Positions 1-14,045 of a DNA stretch of 64,000 bases are shown one piece after another. The notes under the pieces are model-generated. The model was given only the letters and a program-made list of their open reading frames with translations. It was not told the DNA's origin and made no database searches. How positions within the stretch are numbered: the first letter of the stretch is position 1; each line of letters begins with the position of its first letter. Made by a program: the position numbers and the translations under genes. Source of the stretch: Lytechinus pictus (taxonomy: Eukaryota); contig NC_087246.1 in assembly GCF_037042905.1 (NCBI RefSeq), positions 7,998,001-8,062,000 of the forward strand, given 5' to 3'.

Positions 1-1271
1 CCCCAAAAGTCAAGCAAACCCATGACATTTCAATTAACCCACTTTTTATCACATGCCCATAAATCCTACTCATTTCAATAAACAGTTAGTGGCAAGATTC
101 GTTCACATAAATTAAACTTCATGCAATGACTAATCAAAAAGCCTCCACAGATTTCAAGAAGAGATCAGAAAGAATATTATTGTAATTATTCTTTGTTCTC
201 CAATTAACAGATCTCTAGTACGTTTCTGAATGATAGGAAAGAGAGGGAAGGTGATCTGACCAGAGGTAAAAACATGGTCAAAGCTCGACTGCGGATACCC
301 CAAGACTCCTCTCACGTTACCCAGAAGAGGAAAATTCAATTTCCCTTGCTCACCCCAAAACACGACATCCCCAGATTAAATTGCGTCAACGCTTGCTCCA
401 CGAACCCCCGAGATGTGCGCAGGATGGAGCGCTTGAATTATGGGTAATTATTTGCGTATGTAATGATCACCGGAGGCAAGTAAAGCGTGACATAAAGAGG
501 TGAAATTAAGTCATTTTGACAGACATATCTTCTCCTTGAGTATGATGGGTGCATAATGTAGAATGGTAATGATTAATGGGTTCCATTAATGACATGTGAA
601 ATGTACTTTCTCTGAATACGTCTCATCAGATTCTTTGTTTTTGTCAACATTACAACTGTATGAAACAAACACTGTCTAGACAAAAATCATACTTGTTTAT
701 AAATGAACATCAACACTTACTGACTAGTTACAAATACATAATGTCCAGGATGTCTTCTATGTCTGCTAAAAATCCTATATCAATTACTTTCCAAATTTTA
801 AGAATATCAAAGTTTATACTAATATAGTTGTCAAGCTGGTTCATCTGACCTACACAAAGAAATTGAGCCAATACCCAAATAATATTTGCAGAAGACGTCT
901 TCTTTTTAATGACCTTTTCAGAATAAATAATGCCTGCAGAGACAAAATCACATCTTCATACTCCATACCTCTAAAAGTTTAACATATGTTCTCCTCTTTT
1001 GGTACATGTATGTATGTACAAAGGCAATTATTTCTTTCTTAGATTTAATCTTGTTATTCTAATATTCTTATTTTTCCCTAAATGATCCTCATACAAAAAA
1101 ATTGAAGGTTTCATGCAATTCAATAACATAATAAACAGCCAACGCTACAAAACAAGCCCAATTAAAAAAAACAGTGACATAAACAAAAAGAAAAGACAAA
1201 AAATATACACCCATGAATTTAATTTTCATTAAAAAAAAATCACTTTTCTCATTCTCTTGTCATCATTTTTG

Positions 1272-1281
1272 AAAAGGATAC
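1272..1281 (-). other. U12-type (minor spliceosome) 5' splice site of NLK intron 3
   Basis: The intron begins GTATCCTTTT, the U12 donor consensus RTATCCTTT. Confidence 0.9.
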
Positions 1282-1337
1282 ATCTCTTCAAAGAAGTCTA
1301 CATGTGGGGGCTGAAGGATATCCAGAGCTCGAAGAAC
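1282..1337 (-). CDS. NLK: Nemo-like kinase, coding exon 3 (56 bp); gene continues beyond the window start
   Basis: Acceptor TTTCAG|, phase 0. Translates VLRALDILQPPHVDFFEE(I/M), matching NLK VLSALDILQPPHIDYFEEI. Too short to appear in the ORF track. Confidence 0.95.
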
Positions 1338-3632
1338 CTGAAATGAGATATAGAAATGTGGGGAAACAAAATTACTATATAGCACAAATTTTCTAAACCG
1401 ATCAAGATATATAGCCTATACTCTATAAGTTGTTTGAATTAAAAGAATGAACTCTAACCTCTAAGGTAAAACTACCAAGCACACAGTTATATTGAATTTT
1501 AATTCTTCTTTGAAAACACAAAAACTGAACAATTTAAAAACAATCAAATAATCATAATTTGATTTGAATTGTTTAAATCACCTTTTCGGGGGGGGGGGTG
1601 GTAGAATTTCTGAAATATAGCTGAGCAAATGTGAATGGAGTTTTATCCTTTTCAAATATTTCCATGTTTTGAATAAAAATCACTTCCATGATTCATATAA
1701 ACGTTTGGACATGACACTCATGGCCTATTATGAGGTCAAGGTAACCATGAATAAATAGATTTATGAGTCAAACATTTGGTGTGCCTGTGTGTTACATGCT
1801 GCCCTTGACATTACAAATTGTTGTCTGGCATTTGACTTGCTTCACAGAACGAAGAATGTTCAGTATCTTTGCAATTTAAAGGTATTGCTTTACTTAAGCA
1901 TCAGGAAATAGAGTTAAACAGTGTAAATGTAGTATCTTCCAAGGGAATTGGTAAAAAAATAAAAATAAATTCAAGTTACATAGTATAGGCACTGATATGA
2001 ACATCTACATGTATGTATATTAAATGTACAAAAATACTATAAACTTTGAAGAGCTCTGAGCATCTTAAATCATACTGAGTATATGGAAGTACAAGATCAA
2101 TTAAAAAAAAAAAAAATTGCCATCATTTTAGGCGACTGGTCGAAAAACAAATATGTTTTGGTGAAAAAAAGGATTATCATTTACTGGAGGGCATTGCATG
2201 GATCGTTAGAGTTAGTTATAAATGTAAGACAATGAGAAAGACTTCACTCAATAAACTGATATTCCCATGCAAGTTGCGCAGATATCAATCATTATAAAGC
2301 ACTTTACACCAGGCAAATCAACAATTCGATCGAATGGCATTGAAAATGACACCATGCTCATCGACACTACGAACAGCATTGATTCTAAGTTTGCACCGAC
2401 ATCGTAGCAGATCATTCAGTTACTCCAACGGGAGGGATGCTGCCGATAACGCTGCAGAACGTGGGTAGAAAATTGAGGGAGCAAAAAGAGGGTTGATTTA
2501 TTGATGAGATGTCACGGCTGATGCGATTGCGATACTTCACCCAGAGCATATAATACCCACCCCCCCCCCCCTTCTCTGCTTCATATACAAGCACACAAAG
2601 ATTAAGCAGGCCTGTATCTCCAAATTGCTGTGAAACGGCTTTATTTTCCTGAGATATAGAAGGGAGAAAGAAGAGGAATGAAAGGGGAATACAGGAGAGG
2701 TGCTAGAAAAGAAAAGGGAAGAGAAATTATGGGAATTAAAAGAGAAGGCGGGGGGAGTGGAGGGAGATATGGGATTGACTAAGACGGTGTTGGGGGAATT
2801 AAATGAAAACTTTATTGAATAGACCTTCCATACCATACAATTTTAATATTCATACATGTTTTGAAATTAAAACAATATAGCATGTAGTAAATGACTTTCA
2901 GGCATTGTTTGTTGTTGATTCATGTACCTGCCGATCAATTCTTTGTTGTCTTCTTCTTAGCCACCTTGTATTCTCATCTGCTTCTGGATGTTCTAGCAAT
3001 TATCTATTACAACATACTATCAAATATATGCAAAACAGACTTAATATCTTAATACTTGCTCAACTGCATGTATTCCACATTGAAAACTACTCAAGTTCAT
3101 CACTCCCGAATGTCAAATGTGGATCACCAGTGCATGCATACCATGAATGTACTTTACATGCACACTCCATGGTATATTACATGAATACAATCTCAATCAA
3201 CAAACACAGATCATGTCATTACCAATTTACATGGTAGCAGTATCTTAATGAAATTTGGGTAATTGGTATTGACTCTGATACACAGCAGCTGTATTGACAC
3301 TCATACATGTAGTTACCAATATGATAGAGGAATGAAAGAGGGTATTTGTTTTATTTCATAGATGTATTTTAACCAAATAAAGGTTCATAATATAACTTGA
3401 AGAAATTAATATTCAAGGCAGTGTTCCTAAGAATAGAGGGAATAAAGGATCAAATCCTATAAAAGTCATGTAATTGTAACCCTTGTCAATTTTGTCTCAT
3501 AATTGGAACTGGGCTTGTAATTTGAAAAATAGTAGAAAAAAAGTAGAAATCTCCAAATCTTCATGATTATAAACACACCAATCAAAGTCTTGTGAATCTG
3601 AAGGATTTCAAGCTGTGTCTACATCAGCTTAA

Positions 3633-4126
3633 AGGGAAAGAAAATTTTAATACAAAAATAGCAGAAAAAATAATAATCAATATTGGTGAAGGTTTGTGGA
3701 AAATCTTTTAAAGATTAAGTTATTAGAATTTTAAGTTTTGGATTTGTGACGTCATTAACGAGCAGCTGCCCTACAATGTTATGTAATACAAAATGCACGA
3801 ATTTCATTCTTTTAATGGTTCCTGATGACTTATTTTTGTTTTCTATTCATGATCGAGTGTGAAATTATTTGTCTATGACTACAAAAGATACAGTAAATTT
3901 TTTTTCTCAATTTTCTGAAAAATAACGACATTTCATTTATTTTTTAACATTCGCTGTGTAGGAATGCTGCTCGCATATGACATCACAAATCACATACCCG
4001 GTAATTAAAATTCTAATAACTTTTTAATTCCCTAATGGATTTTTCTCAAACCTTCACTTCAGCAATATTTTTTACAATTTTTTCTGCTATTTTTACAATA
4101 AACTTTTGTGAGGGTGAACTTCTCCT
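3633..4126. mobile_element. Kolobok-like palindromic MITE, copy 1
   Basis: TTAA on both sides, AGG...CCT termini, long inverted arms; homologous to 8753-9233. Confidence 0.8.
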
Positions 4127-6856
4127 TTAAATCAAGATTGTTCTATATCTCCTTGCTCAAATAATCCCTTATCAAGTGCACCAACCCCTAAAAAACATCT
4201 CTGTGTCCAAATGTCCATTCTGCCTTACAAAAAGTGCAACATATAAGAGCTTGCCAATGAACTAGGATAATCCAGCAAAGAAATCTCAATCCACAGACTG
4301 CTGCCTTCGTTTTTCTGGGTCGGTGAATGCTGTCCAGGGTTCCTTGCACATTGGTCAGTCGAGAGGGTCCAGAGCACCCTTGCCTTTCAGATATTTAAAA
4401 CATTCAAGTAAGGATGAAGATACTAAACAGTGTCCCTTTTCCCTGTAGAGAATCAACTCTGCTCAAGCACCTCTGGTATTTAGTTCGGTTCATGTCCAAG
4501 AAGATACCCCTATGTGTTTCCTACCAAACACTGCAATGTGAAAATCTTGAAGCATTGCACGAGTATTCTTCACAGTACGGAATACTTGGAATGTGAACAG
4601 GGCTAAAGCTCTGCTGACCTACTTTTTTTCTCTTGAGTCCTAATTCTTTCACTCTCACTACACGGCTGCAATGAGGAGGACATAAGATGATTTGTCTTTC
4701 CTTTTTAGATTAAGGTTGGCAAAATCTACTTCATTGGGAAGGCAGGGCCCCTCCGGACAGTTTTAAGAAGCTTGCTGGGGATGGGGAGGGTAATGTCTGT
4801 ATTATTCAGAGATAAGCATGTGTGAACGGAACTCATTCATAATGACTAAAAAGAAAAATTGAATAATTGTCAAATTATACACTCTTAAATTACAGCCTGG
4901 GTCTAAGGTAAATATAAATCAACAGGGGTTGGTGCTCAGCCTTAAAATTCATTTTCAAATCTCACAAGATTTGAAGGGAATGGATAAATGGAGGAGAGGA
5001 AGGCAGACATGCAGAAGAACAAACAGACAGGAGGGGGGGTGCTCACTTAAAATCCACTCATTTCTCATTCAGCATTATATCCATATACTATCCAGCTAAT
5101 CACTATCAACATCAATTGTGTTTACTTTAAAAATAGATCTACAGCCATTACCATTTGGCATTGGCAGTGGGGACAATGTCACCTCTGCAATATAACATGG
5201 AGAATTCAATGTCAAACATAATGTCACTTTCAATGTCCTTTTCATGAATTTCCTTGGAAGTGAGTTATCAACTGTCAACTGCAACCATTTGGGAGTTAGT
5301 TTGAAAGGTTTAGCAGAGGAAGTTGGCAGTCTGTGCATGATCACTAACATTTGACTTTTTCCTATTAGTTGATGGTGATGTTATTCACCCTTTGTGAACT
5401 AACTTGAACTTGTGCTCGTGATGAGGTGAAATACCTCATGGTTTATAGTTCCAATCTACATGTAACAATATATTATAGTGCACACAGCATTGTTAGTGAA
5501 AATGATAACCTGAGCTATTGTGGCAATCAGTAAAACTATCACTGTCATAAATTATTTCTCCAGCACAATTTACACCAATCATCAAGTTAGTGTTACTCTA
5601 AAATGGTATGTAATTCAATACTACAACACTAATTTCATCTAATAATCAAATACAAACAAACTTGTAAACATAAAACATGTACAAGGAAAAATATTCACAA
5701 TATGCATTTTAGATAAGGGAAAATGCCTGTCAACATTCCATATTCCCTGTGGCCAATTTACTAACGGGCTGATAGGTTTAGAACCGTTCTTGGTTGACCT
5801 TATAAACACAATTAGAGGAGAATCTGGAAACATCATTGTGCTAAAGTTTGTCTGTGTCATTGTTAATCAATTTGACCCATATACTGTGAGAGCATTAATC
5901 CTGAAAATATGGATTTATCATACAATTAGTTAATCTGATTCAGATTTCTGAAAGCATTGTTCAGTGAACAATCACTATAACAGGAAGTAAATGAACAACA
6001 TTGGAGTGACATAACTGAGAGTTGTTTGGAGACAAAAAAATGACATTGGCCTTGATACTTTGATACAAAATAATTTTGAAGTAGTATACAACACAAACAT
6101 AAATACCTCATAGGGTGATTTGGTCTAGGATATCAACACCAATGAGAATACCACAACTCAAAATGAGTCAGTGGTAGATTTTTATTCAGATTGAACTTCA
6201 AATATAAAACAAATGTCAATAAATGTAGCAGTATCAAACAGGCATAGAGGCTAATACATATAAATAGCCCCAAAATGATAAATACTGCATTAGAAGAAAG
6301 TGTGGAAGTGACATTCACTGAGCTCTTTTATGAAACGTGGGGGAGTATATTCTGAAGAATGAGAAGGAAATCAAGACATTTGATGTGCCTTTTACTGTAA
6401 CCCCTGAGTAAATGATGCACAATATGCGTTAATAGTCTATAATGACATGGTGTAGATGGTTGAGTAGATTGATTGGAGTAACCAATTCAGTGTAATAGGT
6501 CAAGCCAAGTCTACCAAGATGGCATGGTTTATTAATAACCCCCTTCAATGTGCGTCAGTGATCCCTGGTTCGTTGTCAAGGGTTGAAGGCAGGGTTGGTT
6601 TATAGAGGCCTAACCAGGCTGGAGGGATGTTGCTATGGGAGTGGAAAGGGGGTGTGATGAAGGGGTCAAGTTTGTTTGGGGTCAAGATGGGTAGCAGCAT
6701 GAAGAGGATATAGGGGAAGGCCATCCACCATGCATGAGAGAGGTAAAAATATGAAGGGGTAGGGAAAGGAAGGGGGAGGAGGATGGGGGAAGGAGATACA
6801 AAATTGTGGACAAAGAATTTAACTTGAGAATAAGACGGTTGGAGAGGAAAACACAA

Positions 6857-6934
6857 ATGATGGTGATGATGATGATGACAATGACAATGACGATGATGGC
6901 GATGATAGTGGTGGTGATGATGCTGATGATGATG
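6857..6934. repeat. Imperfect (ATG)n microsatellite
   Basis: Directly visible. Confidence 0.9.
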
Positions 6935-8752
6935 AGTTTCAAAATTCTGTGTAAAAGTTTGAATCCCACACTTTGTGTTTTCAGATAAAAATTTTTAATC
7001 AAACTGAGGCCAGACGAGCTGACAAAATAAAGGTCCAGCTTAAGTTTTATGAATCAATATTTTAAATTCTGATTGATTCATGTTCATGAATGCATTATAT
7101 TGTGAAATTTTATGGGTAAATATTGATTGTCCTAATGAGGAGGCTTACACATACTGACTTAATAGTATTTTTTTCTAAAGATTGTATTGTTGTGAAGAAC
7201 TGAAACATCAAATGAAAAGAAAACAGTGGGGCTCAAAATGAACAAATGCATGAATTGTGAAAGTGATAAATTGCTAGCTCATTAGTACCGTAATAAAAAA
7301 CATTACCAACAGCAACACAGAATACTAAGAGCTTAGCATATGCATAAACTGTATGCAATATCGTTCATGGGCCTATCATGTTACCTCTTTCTGTTTGATA
7401 AATATTTGTTAATTTTAACCATCACAACAACAAGACAGATGTAAGTAATTGATATTTAGAGATGATTTATTATCAGGATAGATGGGACTTGATCATTGGT
7501 ATGAAACTAGAATACTCTTAGAAGATACCATTAAAACAACACACTTTGATCCAACCCCATTTAGATTATATCATAATGCTTATTAGGGTATTTTTATGTT
7601 TCCCCTGGTCTAACCATGCAAATCATTCCAAAGAAGTTCTCTTCATGGATAAAGGCCCATCATTAGAAAAGTGCCTTTAACAAATATTATATACCCAAAT
7701 ATTATTTCTAAAATGAATTGTTACTTTAATCCCCATCACTTCCTGCCTTTGAAAGCATAATTTTTTTAACTTTGCAATACAGGAGTATGTTTTTATATAT
7801 ATATATTTCTAAAGTGTCTTAACCTTTTGCTTTATTCTGTTGACAAGTCCTGGGAATGTTTAATAAGGCATCTTGTATAAAGGGATTTTTACTAATTTGT
7901 TCGGAGCCAAATCAGATGCAAGGATTTCAGTAGCCTATAATGGTTTTCAGTGTTTGTTACATGACATGCTCTCAAATCACTTATGTCTTGTTATGCAACT
8001 GATTTGTTTACTCGGGATTAATAATGCTTTTTAATGTAGAAGATAATGAATACGGCCATACAGCTGAGACCTTTTTGAGATTGAAGGCAAGTCTGGCTCT
8101 CTTGATTACAGAAGTGAAGCAGAAATTGTTTCTGATGTTAATTCTCACGTCATCATGTTGATTCTTTCCGCCTCTTCAGACAATGAATAGGGATGATCAG
8201 ATGAAATTGCATGTAATGACTTGTTTCTGTCAGCTTCACATAAACAAAGTTTGAGGTGGTTTCTGTAATTTTTCTATAACTGCTAATTACCTGGAGAATG
8301 TTTATTTTTTTCTTGTCAACATGTTTTCTTGATTGCCGAAATGAATATAAATAATGATAATGAACAAACAACATTTCAAGTGATAATCTAAAAGGATTTT
8401 ATTGAGTGTTCAATAAATAACATAATCATACTTTCTTTATTTCTTAATTTCTTTCATAATCATTTACTTATTTACCAATTCATCAATACATTTTCTACTC
8501 ACAGATATTTTAGAGCTTTATTCATTGATTTTATGTAGCAATTCTTACCAATCAATTCTTTCATTCAATCAATTAATCAACTTTCTTGGCAGAGGGGGCC
8601 AATTATTTCATATTCAAAATTTCCATTTTGCATATAAATGACAATGATTGGGCAGAGGAAGTGTGTTAGAGGGATGTATGCAACAATGAGCAAGGAAGAG
8701 TGAAGGTAAAATGCAGGAGAGAGGAAGAGATATAAAAATGTGAATACATTAA

Positions 8753-9233
8753 AGGGAAGTTCACCCTGAAGAAGTTTGATTGTAAGAAATAGCAGAAAAT
8801 ATATTGGTGAAGGTTTGAGGAAAATCTGTTAAAGATTAAGTTATTAGAATTTTAAGTTTTTTATTTGTTACGTCATAAACGAGCAGGTTCCCCATATGTT
8901 ATGTAATATATAATGCATGAATTTAATTTTTTAATGGTTCCTGATGACTTATTTTTGTTTCCTTTTCATGATCGGGTGCGAATTGATTTGTCTAATATAC
9001 AAAAGGTACAGTAAAAACCATTTTCAATTCTTTGAGAAAATGACATTTCATTGATTTTTTTAACCATTTGCTATGTAGGACTGCTGCTTGCATATGACGT
9101 CACAAATCAAATAATTAAAATTCTAATAGCTTTTTAATTCTCTGATGGATTTATCTCAAACCTTCGGCAATATTTTTTTACATGTTTTCTACTAATTTTA
9201 CAATAAACTTTTTTTTCAGGGTGAACTTTCCCT
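8753..9233. mobile_element. Kolobok-like palindromic MITE, copy 2
   Basis: TTAA|AGGGAAGTTCACCCTGAA ... TTCAGGGTGAACTTTCCCT|TTGA; same family as 3633-4126. Confidence 0.8.
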
Positions 9234-9276
9234 TTGAAATAATTGAGCTGTTCAATTGAGGTGTACATCTACTTAC

Positions 9277-9406
9277 ATTGTCATGATTAAAGAAGAAGAG
9301 CATCTTGAGCTCCCGGTAGACCCTTTTGCACGAGATGAGGTTCTGGAAGACGTGGGGCATCTTCTTGAGAGCGACCCGCTTGCCATCACGAGGGTCCGTC
9401 ACTGAC
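9277..9406 (-). CDS. NLK: Nemo-like kinase, coding exon 2 (130 bp)
   Basis: Acceptor CAG|G completes the Trp codon from exon 1. Translates SVTDPRDGKRVALKKMPHVFQNLISCKRVYRELKMLFFFNHDN (kinase subdomains II-IV). Donor GTAAGT at 9276-9271. Confidence 0.97.
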
Positions 9407-10041
9407 CTGATGATGCAACCAAAGAGAAAATGGAAAAGCAAACTTGTTAAAGCATGTATTAATCAGATCCATGGGGGAGAGAGAGTAAAAGAGAAATGAA
9501 AAATAAGTGTGAAACTGGAAAAAGAGACAAAGAGAAATATAATTCAGTGTGAATAGAAATGGAGTAAGACAAAATGAAGGGTCAAGCGTGGAAAATTGAA
9601 AGTGAGAACAGAGAAATGAAAAAAGCGGTCGTCAATGACGAAAGAGTAACAAATAAATGTGTATCTACCAGAAAGACATAGAAACAAAATACATAGAGAA
9701 GATGCATACATTCACTCACAGGCCTAATTTTTCACGTAAAAGCAAATCCATGCATATTCATGTCTTGGGGCTCATGAATTTCAGAATTTACTAGTATACT
9801 ATGCATAGCATACTGAAAGCAAGGACAGGACAGGGGGCTGATTTCAATAAAAAACCTAACTTCAAATTAACTTTTAATATTTTTTATCTACAGGCCTCCT
9901 TCAATCCACTTATATTAATCTGACCACAAGAGCCATGGTCATCCAATCTCCCTTCATATCTCATCTGAATGCTATGAGTGCGATGACCCTAACATGAACT
10001 TTCTTCAAAATACTGATATTTCTGCCAGATATCCAGATCTA

Positions 10042-10582
10042 AGGCTGTGTTTATGCTTCCACTTCTCAGGCCAGAATCAGCGTTTCCATACGTGATTAGT
10101 CCAAAACACGGTTGCGTCCATGCTTACTTTCATTTAAACGACGTTTCAAAACGTCGATCGTAAACTCACAAAAAGGAGCGTTTGTAAACGTCGTTTGACC
10201 AGAATCAGGCTTTCTGGGGAAGTATAAACAGAAGTTACAGAACCATGATCGTAAACGTGTTTAAATGACGTCATATGGTACATGCTTCCGGTGAGATGAA
10301 AATCCGTGGGCAAATACAGTCGTATTGCTCCATGGTCGCATGTAATACCTCCACGTAATAACAACACTCGGAAAAAAAAACTTTCGAAAAAAGGCGCGCC
10401 CAATTTGACCTCGCTTTCCTGCTCAACCAAAATTACGATGCGAAGCCAGCTGGAGATCGTGATTTCGCCTCTGAAAAGTTCAGCATAAACAGCACTCCCA
10501 GAACCACGTTTACGATCGGCGTTTTGAATCGACGTTTGAAAACGCTGATTCTGTCCTCGCAATGGAAGCATAAACACACCCT
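10042..10582. mobile_element. CpG-rich MITE (AGG...CCT termini, TA flanks)
   Basis: TIR AGGCTGTGTTTATGCTTCCA...CAGAATCAGCGTTT / AAACGCTGATTCTG...TGGAAGCATAAACACACCCT. Confidence 0.8.
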
Positions 10583-13391
10583 TAGTTTGCAGTTACGGAA
10601 TACAGACTCTGCAGTGTGCACCACCCTAACCCTTCAATGCCAAGTCAATTCAGAGCTTCAATGGCCTAATATTTTCATCAAAATCTGTTAAAAAATTATA
10701 AAGTAATGGAATTCCAATGCTTTGCATTAATACAGTGAAATAGTATTTACATGTATGTATGTTGTCATGAATTAACGGGTGAGGCAGGGATGTCACATCA
10801 CTTGAAATTTTAATTATTGATTTTTCCATGTGTATAAAATATATCCCATATGTAATAAAATATGTTATGGCAATGATGATCTGATACAGAAATTTGTAAG
10901 CCACTCTGTTTTTTCATCCTTGGAGCAGAAAATCAAAATAGTTTGAATTTTGTATGAAAATATGCAAGTTAGGAGGGATGATAATATCACCAGCTCATTC
11001 ACAATATATGCTTTAATGCAACTTTTTTTTATCAAAATAATGCACAAAACTTCAATCAGCTTCTTGTGTGCTTTGCTTCTTTAATTTAATTTTATTAATT
11101 CAACTCATATTAATTTCAGGACAGAGATATCTCAATGATTCAAACAATTTTTTCAGAAGAGAGATGACTATATGTCACAGTACGTAAAATTATGCTAGTG
11201 GATGAACGTTAATAGTTGGCTATAACATACAAGCATTAAATAGGAAATATATACAGAATTACAGATAGATATACATCAATGCAGTCATTAATGATATGAA
11301 TTCTTATTAATCTACCTCATTTCCTTTGGCACAAGCTGTGAAAGTACGTGTACAAGTGAAATAAATTTAAGGGAAATGGATTGTATCATTTGTCTTAGCA
11401 GGGACACCAGTGTATAGGAAATGAGGCCAATGCTAAACTACACTTGACATTTTAGATATAAATGCATGTGACTACTTCATGCATGTAGGCCCTACATGAT
11501 TCATAAACCAAGAATACATACTTGCAAACAAAAAAAACCGAAAAGAAAATCTACATGAGAAGTATTGCTTACATGTCAGGTAAGGATTCGATATCCATTG
11601 TGTCTTAATTGCATGCATATCCCCATTTCGGCAAAAAAGTACTCTTTTATTCGTTTAATCCTTGAAATAGATCATGACAGAGCTACTACGTGCAAATATA
11701 TTTTTATTATCTCTTTCTCTGAAAATAAATTTGAATCAACGCAAGACCACCAATCTATTTCCTACATACTTAACAAGGCGTAAAGTGCAGATGAAAACAG
11801 ATTACTTTAACAGAAATTCTCCTCAAAGCAAATTCCAACAAGAACTGACCTTATCATATTTTGAAAAAAAATGTCATTGGCATATTGTAGGTTGTGAGGT
11901 AGTTTGCCTGAGCCTTTGTATTAGGTTTTAATATGGAAAGAACAGTCGGCCACAGGAAGAGCTTTGACATATGTTGTTTTTTGTAAATATACCAGTTTTC
12001 CTGTAATTTGTCCTTTCTTACTCAACCATACCAACTCTACATGTACGTGCAATCATAGAATCAGCTGACTCTCGCGATTTGCTTCCCCTAATAGAGTGGA
12101 ACTTGCACCTTTCACTTTATGTTTCATTTAAATTTACCTCCTTCCCTGAAGTAACTAATTAGTTTGTTGCATTGGGTTAATTTTGATTAAATCTGGAAGG
12201 CAAAATGGCCTTGGAGGTCTGTACATGTATTAGTCTGTATGGAAATATGCCACATGTACATACAATGCAATGAATTATTAGCACATGTTTATTTTACTCA
12301 TGGAGATCTAGCCTAGGATATAAACCACCACTTGACGATCAAAGTTCAAATTGTATAAATGCTGCCGAACACCACAAGAAATGCCAATATGCTATTTAAA
12401 CTATTAGTGTCTTGTTTTTTCTGTAAACAAATCTAGGCATCCATAAATACATTGATAGGCCTTAGTTGTGTGTTTGACTCTGAACCTACAATGTACTAGT
12501 AGACTGTGTACATTTTGAACGATAACAGACTGGTGTATCTGTAGCTTGCCTTACTCTAATGGTCTGAATATATAATTATTTACAAATTGGTTGAATTGAA
12601 AATAAAAAAAAACAAGCATAGGCCAAATCAAGCTTTGAAAATAATATATACTGCACAGTGCAAAAAAAAAACAATAATGCAGTTTCATATTAAGATACGT
12701 CCTAATTCTAAGGAATTTTTTCATAACTTGTTTTCTTACATTGGCCTTTTCTTTTTATTGGATGGAATCATGGGAATGATAATAACATTAGTTTTGTTTT
12801 GTCTTGGAAGTGCATTTCTAGCCCTGAACTATATCTTTAAAGGGCAAGCAAAGAGGTGTAACAAGATTTACACAACACAAATGCCACCATACACAAGGTT
12901 GATATACGAGCTTGTCATCTAAAGTCTTCAGCTAATTCGTCCTGCTCTTGACCTTATCAATAAACACACCAAGGCATATTGAGACAGACACTTTTGACCA
13001 TGACTATCACCTTCTCAGGCCAGCTAAGTTGATGACCAGCTGACCATCTGACTGACCAATAAATGCAGGTCATGGAAAGGTACATCAATTGGATGCTTTA
13101 TCAGACAAATAGTAAACAATATTATCGTTTTCTGTACACCTAATCTTCTTTATGTTTACTAGGCAAATGGACTAGAAAGTGGAATTAAAAAAAATTGTGT
13201 TAAAATTATTATTCATATTCATTCAATAAATTTATAATTCTCGATAGTAGTCAACATCTCTTCATTCAATCAATCAACCAACCAACCGTTCATTTAATGA
13301 AATTTATTTTATGAATTCACTTTTTTTTTATTCATAGCAATGTATTAGAATGAAATTTTCTAAATTCTCTGGTATATCTTTTGTCATGAAA

Positions 13392-14045
13392 AAACAAGTG
13401 GAACGCCTCTGACATTTGTTTCATATGGCAGCAGTGCTGACTTTGAAAAAAATTATTGAATAATTATTCACAAGAGAAAACATTCATATGATAATAAAAT
13501 ACTATGTCAATTGACTAAAAATGACCTTTGACCTTGATAATGTGACTCAAGACTTTTGCAGAACAATCATTCATACTTGATTTCCTTTATGTCTATGTTT
13601 TATGAACTACTGTAGATCCATAAACTTTCTAAGTTATGGTGCCAATTCAACAAATACCCCCAACAGGCCAACACGGCCAAAGTTCATTGACCTTAAATGA
13701 CCTTTCATCTTGGTCATGTGACCTGAAATGCGCACAGGATGTTCAGGGATATGGTTGCTCCAAGTTTCATAAACTAGACCCATTAACTTTTCAAGTTATG
13801 ATGCCAATTCAACAAATACCACAACATGGCCAAAGTTCATTGACCCTAAATGACCCTTGACCTTGGTCATGTGACCTGAAACTCAGGCAGGATCTACAGT
13901 GATACACCATTACCCTAATTTTCAAGAGTTATGACGACATTTCAAAAACTTAACCTTGATTAAGATTTCGATATTGATTCCCCCAACATGGTCTAAGTTC
14001 TTTGACCCTAAATGACCTTTGACCTTGGTCGTGTGACCTGAAACA
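13392..14045. repeat. Modular interspersed repeat with internal tandem units of about 160-190 bp rich in TGACCT
   Basis: Three to four copies of AAGTTCATTGACCYTAAATGACCTTTGACCTTGGTCATGTGACCTGAAA. Confidence 0.75.

Noticed and set aside
8142-8149. Su(H)/CSL site CGTGAGAA on the minus strand, of interest because NLK is linked to Notch signalling in sea urchins
   Set aside because: A single 8-mer is expected by chance in 64 kb; no cluster seen.
10146-10624. 143-aa and overlapping ORFs
   Set aside because: They lie within a GC-rich MITE, with no recognisable domain.
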